Of a DNA stretch of 64,000 nt, positions 14,201-23,550 are shown piece by piece; within the stretch, counting starts at the first letter, position 1; each line of letters begins with the position of its first letter. The stretch lies in the NCBI RefSeq assembly GCF_036588685.1, contig NC_086379.1, positions 83,018,001 through 83,082,000 on the forward strand, given 5' to 3'. Origin of the DNA: Mytilus trossulus. Lineage: Eukaryota. A program made the position numbers and the translations under genes. Below the pieces are notes generated by a model. The model was given only the letters and a program-made list of their open reading frames with translations. It did not search any database and was not told where the DNA came from.

Positions 14201-14631
14201 GTTTTATATTGTAAATAATAGTAGAATAATTATGTTGTATACTTTTACTCTTCATATTTCATATTCATAATGTACATACATTTTGTTTTAGTTGTAATCG
14301 TCTCTCTTAATATGTGCAGATTGGTTTATTTATACAAAATGTATCTTTTATAGATTTATTGTGTTATGTTATACATAAGGCGAGACGTAAATAAAATATT
14401 GAATTGATTTAACAAACTTAAAAAACATTGTATTTTTGATTTTTTTTTTAAATTTCAGATTTAGTGAAAGATTTGGACAACAAATATATTATTTTTGGTT
14501 TGGCAGGACTGCTGTTTTTATCTATGCTATGTAATATTGGTCAATGTTTGCTTTCGCGAAAAGAAGACGGTGACGAGAACTGTTCTTGTATCCGAAAACA
14601 CAAACAGACTTTACATCTGACTCAGTTATGA
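5206..14631 (+). CDS. GH18 chitinase (CHIA/CHIT1-like) with signal peptide, mucin-like Ser/Thr stalk, transmembrane helix and short cytoplasmic tail; 9 coding exons, ~725 aa
   Basis: Exons 5206-5254, 6323-6502, 7363-7625, 8432-8556, 9266-9374, 9742-9927, 10420-10542, 11293-12262, 14459-14631; all GT-AG and phase-compatible. Motifs: [28 protein letters not shown], intact catalytic [34 protein letters not shown]. The last exon encodes [23 protein letters not shown] then ...HLTQL*. The terminal exon is less certain than the catalytic exons. Confidence 0.9.
5960..6246. mobile_element. Short non-autonomous Helentron/HINE-like element
   Basis: T-rich start, small hairpin atgccc-ctttat-gggcat, (GTCC/GTTC)n microsatellite, ending cacattcttgtt; same architecture as the 35826 and 55421 elements. 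Confidence 0.5.
6960..7315 (-). mobile_element. Penelope-like element 3' region fragment
   Basis: Reverse-strand homology to the sequence at ~15840-16165, which follows the KFYGRHHELV Penelope-type coding remnant. Confidence 0.55.
11584..11871 (+). repeat. Coding tandem repeat, 3 x 96 bp (32 aa [32 protein letters not shown])
   Basis: Units start at 11584, 11680 and 11776; nearly identical, differing by one D/H codon. Confidence 0.97.
12560..13058 (+). mobile_element. Hammerhead-bearing ~347-nt repeat (retrozyme-like family A), ~1.5 tandem monomers with degenerate cores
   Basis: gagcgtcactgat recurs at 12696 and 13043 (period 347). The first core reads CTGATAA...AAAA (mutated); the second is truncated after CTGATGAG. 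Confidence 0.75.
13597..13638 (-). ncRNA. Minimal type I hammerhead ribozyme, family B, intact core
   Basis: Reverse complement reads gcgttc CTGATGA a-gg-taaat-cc-a GAAA agcgct TC ggacgc: stem I gcgttc/ggacgc, palindromic stem III, UUC cleavage triplet. Lies in a repeat spanning ~13565-14190. Confidence 0.7.
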
Positions 14632-14833
14632 CCAAAGATATCCATACGATGTATTTGATAAGGGATTTTTCGTTTTGAATTTTCCTCGGAGTTTCTTATT
14701 TTTGTGATTTTCTTTTTCAATATCATTTGGATCAATTCTATACCTATTCTTCATTAAACTATAATTGATTTACAGCTGCACTTTGTGAGATTTTATGTTT
14801 AGTTTAAAGAGGCAGTGGACATATTGAATGTTG

Positions 14834-14839
14834 AATAAA
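14834..14839 (+). promoter_or_regulatory. Candidate polyadenylation signal of chitinase 1
   Basis: AATAAA about 200 nt after the stop at 14631. Confidence 0.5.
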
Positions 14840-14847
14840 CGGAAAAT

Positions 14848-15097
14848 AGAAGGAACACGTCTTCGTTAGTCTTCCCAAAGAAGGAATACGTCTTCGTTAG
14901 TCTTCCCATAGAAGGAACACGTCTTCGTTAGTCTTCCCATAGAAGGAATACGTCTTCGTTAGTCTTCCCATAGAAGGAACACGTATTCGTTAGTCTTCCC
15001 ATAGAAGGAATACGTCTTCGTTAGTCTTCGCATAGAAGGAACACGTCTTCGTTAGTCTTCCCATAGAAGGAACACGTCTTCGTTAGTCTTCCCATAG
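14848..15097. repeat. Minisatellite, 8 x 31 bp (agaaggaaYacgtcttcgttagtcttcccat)
   Basis: Units at 14848, 14879, 14910, 14941, 14972, 15003, 15034 and 15065, contiguous with no spacers. Confidence 0.97.
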
Positions 15098-15275
15098 CCC
15101 TGACATCGCTAATAGATGTCGTTATACAATAACATTGTCGTGTACAGATGAACAATTTTCTAAATGTTTTAATTAAACAGTTTGGTCATTATAATTTTTG
15201 TTTTTTTCTGTTTACATCTTATTAAAAATTATTTATCTTAATTAGTTATCAAAGGTACCAGGATTATAATTTAGT

Positions 15276-15319
15276 ACGCCAGACGCGCGTTTCGTCTACA
15301 CAAGACTCATCAGTGACGC
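15276..15319 (-). ncRNA. Minimal type I hammerhead ribozyme, family A, fully intact
   Basis: Reverse complement reads gcgtca CTGATGA gtct-tgtgt-agac GAAA cgcgcg TC tggcgt: stems I and II pair, stem III is palindromic, GUC triplet. Lies in a repeat at ~15243-15457. Confidence 0.85.
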
Positions 15320-15704
15320 TCATATCAAAATATCTTAAAAGCCAAACCAGTACAAGGTTGAAGAGCATTGAGGATCCAAAATTTCTAAAAGTTGTGCCAA
15401 ATACGGCTAAGGTGATCTATGCCTGGGTTAGGTATCCTTAGTTTTTCAAAAAATTCATATCATTAACAAAATATTAAGGTCCGATTTATATCATACATTT
15501 AACGCAGGAGTAGTGAATGCTTTATTTTCTCTTATAAAAAAAGAAGATCGAGAGAAATAAATCCGGGTTACAAACTAAAACTGAGGGAAACACACAAACT
15601 ATAAAAGGAAACAAAAGAACAACATGATCTTTGGAATGCAACAAAAGCAAACGCCAACATACATGGAGACTCATACAACAAATTACAACTAGAAATCAAT
15701 ATTT

Positions 15705-16166
15705 AGAGGTTGCGGCTTACAAGGAGGCTATCAGATAAAAAGGTCCTAATGGTGAAGTTGAAATCATTCCTTCGTAAATTTTACGGACGCCATCATGAGC
15801 TGGTTGACAGTTATGGAATAACCGTTTCACACATGATTTCGGATATGTTCCTTATGTCGTATTTACAATTCCCGTCCTTTTTCGCGAATTTGACCTACCG
15901 AATTAGACTATTTACCGGTTTTTGAATAACATTAGCAACATCACGGGTAAAACATGTGGAGCAAGATCTTTTTACCCTTCCAGAGCACCTGAGATCTCTC
16001 CCAGGTTTGGGTGGGGTTCTTGTTGCTTTGTGTTTGGTCTTTGTATGTTGTGCGTTGTTGTTCTATTATCTGTCTGTGTGTTTTTTTCTTTTTAATCCAT
16101 TTCGTTTTCAGTTTATTTACGATCTATAAGTTTGACTGTCCCTCTGGTATCTTTCGCCTCTCTTTT
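15705..16166 (+). mobile_element. Penelope-like element 3' fragment
   Basis: ORF 15710-15925 has LTRRL...KLKSFLRKFYGRHHELV, homologous to the RT-linked remnant at 56500-56700. Confidence 0.6.
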
Positions 16167-16979
16167 ACTGACGTTCAAATCTCGTAACTAGATTATTGAG
16201 AAAAAAATAGAAAATAAAACCCAAAAACGGAGGAAATTACATTAAATTTAAAGAGAGCGATACCTTGTGTCTCAACAGGGTAACCGTCTTTTGCCATACA
16301 TGCACCATCCACAATTTGAATTAACACTCAGTCAAAATTTTACAATCGGTAATAGGAAAAATAACAGTAGTGTAACATCAAAGGTAAACACCAGGTTGAT
16401 TCAATTATTTAGAGTCGTTTATCGCTAACCATCAAGCCAACACATACTGCAAATCACATAACCAAACACTCCACACTATTTCTAACTTATAATTCAAAAT
16501 ATCGTAATTTTCAATGACATGAAGTTGAAACTATATCTGAAGAAGAACCAAAAATCCCGACATATTTTCCTGACGTTGTGGAGTATCTGTGGTCATCCCC
16601 ATATTTGAAAGGTTTTCGATGTAGCACCTGTGGTCGTCCCCATATTTGTAAGGTGTTCTATGTAGCATTGTTATACTTTCTGTAAGAATGTCCTTCTATA
16701 GTTTAATTACTCTATTTTTGCATAGTTTTTAAAAGAAATATATAGCGTTAACTGCACTATGCGAAAATAGTATGTCTTGCTGTTGCAATAGACTATTGAT
16801 TTTAACGTCAATCATTGTTTGATTTCACGAGAGAAGGTGGAGCTTAGTCGGATTGATAGACAAGTGGGCTGGGCTTATTAGCCTGATCATATGTGCGCTT
16901 AAAATAACGATGTTTTAAACCACTAATTAAAGTCGCTTAATGACTATACTGTCGTCTGCAAAAAAACAAAACAAACAAG

Positions 16980-19900
16980 ATGTCGCGGTTTGGTCAAGAC
17001 GACCCTACAACATTTAGAAAAGAGAACTTTAAGTCCAAGAAAACTGGTCAACACACACATTTTGCTGTTAAAGTTTTGTCAGATTTCAACATCAACTTAC
17101 TCGAAGATAATAGAGATTATAATTAAAGGAAGGGAAAATAATAAGATTTTGGAACATCAAAACCCACTACAAAAAGGTTTTACGGCAAAATCCACTCCAT
17201 TGCTTTGTGAACTGTTCATTGAGGAATTTGAAAGAGAAAATAAAGATCTCAAGTTACCAACCTATGTTGCATTACTGGATGGAAAATCTGCTTTTGATGT
17301 TGTAGTTCATAAAAACCTGATACGACGTGTTTTTCAAATTGGATTCTAAAAGCAATCTATTTTACTGATCAGCAATTTATATGAAAATGCAACATCCTGT
17401 GTAAAATGGGGCAATACAATGTCAAATCGATTGTTTAATATTGAACAAGGTGTAAGGCAGGGTTGAGCCATTAGTGCTGACCTCTAAAAAGTTTATATCA
17501 ACCCCTACTACAAATTCTCAGCAACTCTGGACTGGGAGCCAAAATTGGAAATATAAATTGTTGTGCGCCAACTTGTGCTGACGATATTGCCTTGATATCC
17601 AACAATCCTTTTGACTCCAAAATATGATAAATTTAGCAGTTGATTTCAGCCAAAGAGAGGGATATCTACTACAGCCTCAAAAAAGCGTAGTCTTGCCAAT
17701 CAAAACATGTAATAAAATGCTAGATGTTGAACAAGGTTTTTGGAAACTTACAAATATAGATATGCCCATTGTCCAAGACTCCTCTCATATTGGAATAAAA
17801 AAATCTCAAAAAGATTCTACTAATGCAACCATCACTGAAAATATAAAAAAGGCCAGAAGATCTATGTACAGTCTTATGGGTGCTGGATTACATGGGGAAA
17901 ATGGATTAGACCCGGAAACAGTAGTCTCCTTATTTAGAACATACATCTAGCCAGTTTTGACCTACGGCCTAGAAGTCTTGATACCAACAGGCAAAAATTT
18001 AGATCTTATACAACAGCAACATAAAAGGTGGATTAAACAGATTTTATCTCTCAAACTAAATGTGGCTGACCCGGCTGTCTATATGTTATCAGGTTTGCTC
18101 CCACTTGAAGCAGAGATCCATATTAAAATTATTACACTATTTGGGAATATAACCAGATCTGAAAGATCGTCCTTAGGATGGAGAATAGCTGAATGACAAC
18201 TTCAAATTAAAACCTACTCAAGCAATAGCTGGTTTATTGATCTAAAAAAGATATGTGGCAAATATGACATCATAGAGATAGAACAGTATCTTGATAAGCC
18301 ATAAACAAAAATTGAATGGAAGAGATTTATAACCAAAAAGATTCACAAGTACTGGGAGGGTGACATAAAGACCAAAATGAAGGGGTACTCAACTCTAAAA
18401 TATCTTAATTGTGAATATGACATTGGCAGAATTCATCCTTTACTTAAAACAACAAGTGCAAATATAACGGAGATCAAGAAACTGTCAATCTGCACTAAAT
18501 TTGTTACGGGAACCTACATACTACAATCTAATAAAGCGGAGTATTCAAACTATGCAACAAATCCGATGTGTAGACTCTGTAATAAAGCTGACGAAACCAT
18601 TGAACATTTTATCTTATTGTGTGAAACAACTTCACAAATAAGGTCATCCCTTATCGTCAAAATTCTACACGAAGGCAGTCTGGTCTTAGCAAGAGAGAGC
18701 CTGCAAACTCCTATTGATTTAATAACATTAATCATTAATCCTTATCATTACCTAACAAAGAAGATGTGCAAGGATGTTGAAGATAGAGTCGGTAATCACT
18801 TGGTACCGCTATGTCGCCAACTGTTATATACACTTCATTCCAAGCGCTATGATGTGTTGACAAAAACTGATACAAAAGCAAACAGAAAATGAAGAACTGT
18901 GAAATCATTTTAGCTGTAATATATACATGTCGGGGTACACATGGATCTCCCTCTTTTAGTAGTTTTAAAGTCTATTAAATTTTTTACGGATTGCACTTAT
19001 AAACTTTCCTATTTTTTTCTTTTTAACAGTGTTAAATTTTTTTTTTATATATAATTGTACTTATTGTCTCTATTGTAACTTATTTTTAACTTATTTTAAA
19101 ATTAGTTTTTACCATTTTAATTGCATTTGTAATATTTTTAACACTGTCGTGGCGTAAACATGTATGTTAAATAAGATAACCTTGTGTATGACTATTGTGA
19201 ACTGTGAATTTACCTGTGTACATATATTGGTGGAGGAATTTCATTGACGGAACTACTTTCCTCTATAAGGAGGTGTGCCTTGATTGGCAGAAATTCGTTT
19301 ACAGATTACAGATTACAGATTGTTGAAAGAGGTATGGAAATTGACATTTTGGAAGCCACAAAAGATGAAATCGCAAATTTATTGCAAGATTTTTATGCCA
19401 ACATCCGAAATAAAAGTCAAGAATATTACAAGAAAAATACTCTTCTAGCCATACGACAGAGCATAAATAGATATCTGAAGGAGAACGACAGTTTTTTTGA
19501 CATCATAACCGACCCCGAATTTACCCGAGCAAACGACAACTTTACTTCCCTACTCAGGAAAACGAGAGAAGAGGGAAAAGGAACTGTCACCCACCATGAG
19601 GCTATCTCACTAGAGGATTTGAGAATGCTTTATGAACACCCACTAGTTTTTAACACGTCAACTCCTCAGGGCCTCCTAAATAAAACTATATTTGAGACAA
19701 TCTTATATTCTGCAGAAGGGGTCAAGAAAATCTCTCACAATTGAAGGTTGATGAAATTAAAGTTGACTCGGATCAAAAAGGGTAGATGTATGTCCGTAAA
19801 CTTACAACAGAACTAACAAAAAACCACCAAGGTACTACAAATGAGCCAGAGAGTTCAGGGGGAATGATGTATGCTACTGGCACAGATAGATGTCCTGTTA

Positions 19901-21931
19901 AGTCTGTTGTTAAATATCTAAAGAAACACAATATTGCAAGCAATAGATTATTCTTGCATCCAAAGAATTCATTCAGTGAACAAGATGATATGTGGTTCAG
20001 AAATGAACCAATTGGACAGAACACCATGAAAGTGTTTATGAAGAATTTGTCGAAGTCCGCAAAATTATCTAGAGAATACACCAACCACTGTATCCGGTCA
20101 ACATGCATAAGACTATCAGTGGACACAGAAATGAGGCATCTTTATCAAGCTATTGTTATGATACTTCAGGTAAATGCTATACACAAATATTTAATATTCA
20201 TTGTGCAATTGCTAAAATTTTAATACAGTTATCTAAGGAATGACTGTAATATTTTTTCTATCTATGAAGAAATAACATAAAAATGTGGTATATTACAGTC
20301 ATTTCTTATAATTTAATTCTAAATTTCATTTCAAACCGTAGAAAACCATGTAAAAAGGTTGATGACGTCACGGTGACATGACTATATTATGTCTATGGGC
20401 TGAAAACAAAATAACGTCAGCCAATCAGAAGACACGTTCCATCGGAAATATCTATATATCTTATGCAGTACATCATTTGTACATATAATAACAAAAATAT
20501 ACATTGAATTACACCAATATTGTAAGAATATTTCTGCTTTTAATATCATAATTGAGTTTATCCAAATTTTTTATGTAAAATCTCAAAAAGGTATTGGGTC
20601 TTATTTATGTGTGAAATGACTGAGTACAATATTAATATATTCTTTATTCTAATGACTTTACTTGTACATTTCTTTATTTCATTGTGCATGATTATAAATT
20701 AATTTTATTGTCTGTCAATCATTTTCTGAACTCATATATAAAATGCTTTCATTGTTTTTTTATAAATACATTTCAGATAAACAGAAACAGAGTATGTCTG
20801 ATGCATTAAGTAAATGTACCTATGGAACATTACAACAGACAGAAAGTAGGAGTGTAACTAGTAAGTATAATCATGTAAACTATCAAATTAAACAAAATAA
20901 TCAAAGAAATGCAAAGAAAAAATAACCTAGGAGAAATGCATGTATTTATCGTCTTGTCGGTACCATGAAATATAGCACACTACATTGTTGCATTGACTCC
21001 CCTCAAATATTATAGCACAATAAAATCACATCGATAATTGTATTCTAATATTTGCCACTAAACTTGGGTTGTACTGTTTAAAGATACTGATAAGACAACT
21101 GTTCATATATGGCTCCTAAGTCCTTTTGTACATATAGTCTATATAATATATAAATAGTTTTCCTTACATGCAAGATAGTGTAAAAACAAACTTAATTCTT
21201 TTTATTACAGTTAGCTTGTCCCAGGAAAAGACTGTTTCTACCTTCACGTCGGATGAGAATGAACAGCCAATACCTCTACCAGTAATAGAGACTGTTTCTG
21301 CTGTTAGAAATAGTAAGAGACAAGGTATGTTTTCTTTTTGTATTCAGGTACTATTGAAATAGTATAAACTATTCAACATATATTTTGGGTCAAAACATGA
21401 AATAAATGACAAAAGGTTTGTCACATAGTCTTCAACAATGAGATCTTCCTTAAAGTCACTGTCCTACATGTCCCGTTACATATAATGGAGTTCATGAACA
21501 AAATGGCATTCAGGTGAATTAATTGCATATTTAACACATGTAAATACATTTATGTCTCAACATTCTTCAATACATTTTAAAAATGAAAGTACGCTTTTAC
21601 TTGTTTTTGATAGTACAAATGATGTACTGCTATATGGCCAGGAACTATTTGTGCAACTTTGTTATGTTCAACTAGAATAATTTGTTACCTAATAGTATCG
21701 GTACTTTGTTCACACTCAAAAGCTGATTTTATTTAAATTATTTTAGTTGAAACTGCACCATATGATCCAGATATCATTGACTTTTTGGGACTACCTGATG
21801 ATGTTTTGGTGGACTATTGCCAATCAGTCGAGAATTCTGACCACCAAATTAGTGCCCCAAAGCAAATGAAGATGATGCCATTGATGAGTATTTCAAATTG
21901 TACTGTTAATATCAACTATTACAATAATTGA
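16980..21931 (+). pseudogene. Tyrosine recombinase pseudogene (Crypton / DUF3504-like)
   Basis: Segments 16980-17088 (MSRFGQ...AVKVLSDF), 19320-20169 (YYKKNTLLAIRQSINRYL, FCRRGQENL, TKNHQG, RCPV, YTNHCIRST, SGHRNEASLSSY), 20777-20845, 21211-21324 and 21747-21931 (...ISNCTVNINYYNN*). The catalytic R, K, HxxR, H and Y are present. Disabled by a frameshift near 19700, TAG at 19783, a deletion/frameshift near 20110 and the LINE insertion. Confidence 0.8.
17089..19319 (+). mobile_element. 5'-truncated, decayed non-LTR retrotransposon (RT plus C-terminal zinc finger; RTE-X/CR1/L2-type, clade not resolved)
   Basis: RT motifs QKGF, LLDGKSAFDVV, GVRQG, APTCADDI and zinc finger CRLC...ETIEHFILLC. Several in-frame stops (e.g. 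17347, 17948, 18194). 3' tail (TTACAGA)3 at 19299-19319. Confidence 0.9.
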
Positions 21932-22598
21932 ATTTGAACAATGATGGAAAATACATTGTAGTAGATATTATTTGAATTATAAGGACATTTAAGAGACTTA
22001 GTTTCTGTTAAAACTTTATTTTATATGTGTTAACATATGTTCACTGCTATTGAAACAAAAATAGTCATTTGTTACAGATAAATTGTAATAAATGACATTT
22101 ACTGTTACTATAACTTGTTTTTTTTTAAGTTATAGAGTACTGTGAAGAAGGTTAATAAATGATATGGAAGAGGTTTGGAGTACACCTTCTTGAGAAAAAT
22201 CCAAAATAATACACAATAATAGACAAATCTAGGACATAATGCTTTAATTGTACTTCTTCATCTTGAAGTGAACATGAGTTTAAGCTTTCAACAATGAGCA
22301 AACCGCTGGAACCTTATAGCAAGTTTAACACAACTTCTAGCACCAGGCCAACCAGTATTCTATTGTATGTCAGTAATGATTTATATTCAGATACAGAGTA
22401 AAAAACAATCATTTCACCTCAAAACATACTATTGAATTCATCCCTTTGATAATCTTTCTTGCAGGTATAAAGACAAAGTCAAAGTCTTTTTAAGAGAGCA
22501 AATATATGTTGATAAGATTACATAAAAAGCATTTTTTTACATTGAAATACACTATTGTCACTATTCAAAATAGTACACAGTCAGTATAATAATAATAT

Positions 22599-22734
22599 TA
22601 ATGTTGTGTTTAACATTGACTATGGAAAATAGTAGCCAGGGTTTGAGACAATAGTGCACTCCCCTTCGGGTCGTGCACTATTGTCTCTCACCCTGGCTAC
22701 TATTTTCCCATAGTCAATGTTAAACACAACATTA
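22599..22734. repeat. Long near-perfect inverted repeat (hairpin, ~60-bp arms, cTTCGg apex)
   Basis: taatgttgtgtttaacattgactatggaaaatagtagccaggg...gagacaatagtgcac pairs with gtgcactattgtctc...ccctggctactattttcccatagtcaatgttaaacacaacatta. Confidence 0.95.
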
Positions 22735-23550
22735 TTATATAATTAGCGTTAATTTTGTATATTGTTGCTTTTATTTCTAAAATCTGTCCTTTTGAGTAAG
22801 TAATTGTCTTTTTATCATAGTGTTATTTTGCTATGGTAATGTATTTTGTCTTTGCTACGTGCATTCTGGCTTTGTATTGCAGTCACCAAAATCTTATTTA
22901 TCAATTTATCAATTACAAACTAAGATCCTTCTTTGATTTATTGATTTATAGTATTTAATATATACAATGTGTCACATTCACGATATGTATCTCCCTCGTA
23001 TTAATAATATCACGTCTACAATAAAGAAAAAAAAAGTCAAATATAATTACTATAACAGGTTTATATTTTTGTATAACACTTAATGGTATGTTCAATATAG
23101 TAATGTTTAAATTATAAAAAGATACTATGCTTAAAAGATGCAGGAACATTTTTAAATGAAGAGAAAGAGTGATTAACGTTTGAATAACACATTGTCAAAT
23201 AAAGGCAACAGTAGTATACAGGTGTTCAAAAGTCATAAATCGATTGAGAAAAAAACAGTAAAAACATTTATAACAGAGAAACGCACACACAAATACCATA
23301 ATAGTCGACACAACATGCAAACTGCGAAACAACAACGAACATATTTCATTAACAATACACACCATAGGATATAAAAAACAGTGACGTGTTCTATTTTGAA
23401 ATAGTTAGAGTGGTTTGGATGAACATGTAAAATAAATTATAGATCGAGTTACAAAAAGGCTTTTAAATACGCTAAAGCAATCTATATTGGTGGACTTTTG
23501 ATGTTTCACTGCTGTAAAACTTAAGATATACAGCTAATTACCTGATGATA

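Larger units (their letters stand above)
16743..22752 (+). mobile_element. Crypton-like tyrosine-recombinase DNA transposon, intron-containing and inactivated, with nested LINE
   Basis: Terminal direct repeat TAGCGTTAA at 16743-16751 and 22744-22752, subterminal motif actatg(c)gaaaatagta, long 3' hairpin at 22599-22734, and an internal tyrosine recombinase gene. Confidence 0.8.

Noticed and set aside
11281-14631. CBM14 chitin-binding domain in either chitinase
   Set aside because: I found no six-cysteine peritrophin-A exon downstream of either catalytic domain.
14848-15097. CRISPR-like array of 31-bp repeats
   Set aside because: Units are contiguous with no unique spacers, there are no cas genes, and the context is eukaryotic; it is a minisatellite.
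16990-17349. ORF 16990-17349 as a single gene, and likewise the N-terminus of ORF 19244-19744
   Set aside because: Both are chimeric across the Crypton/LINE junctions at 17088 and 19320.
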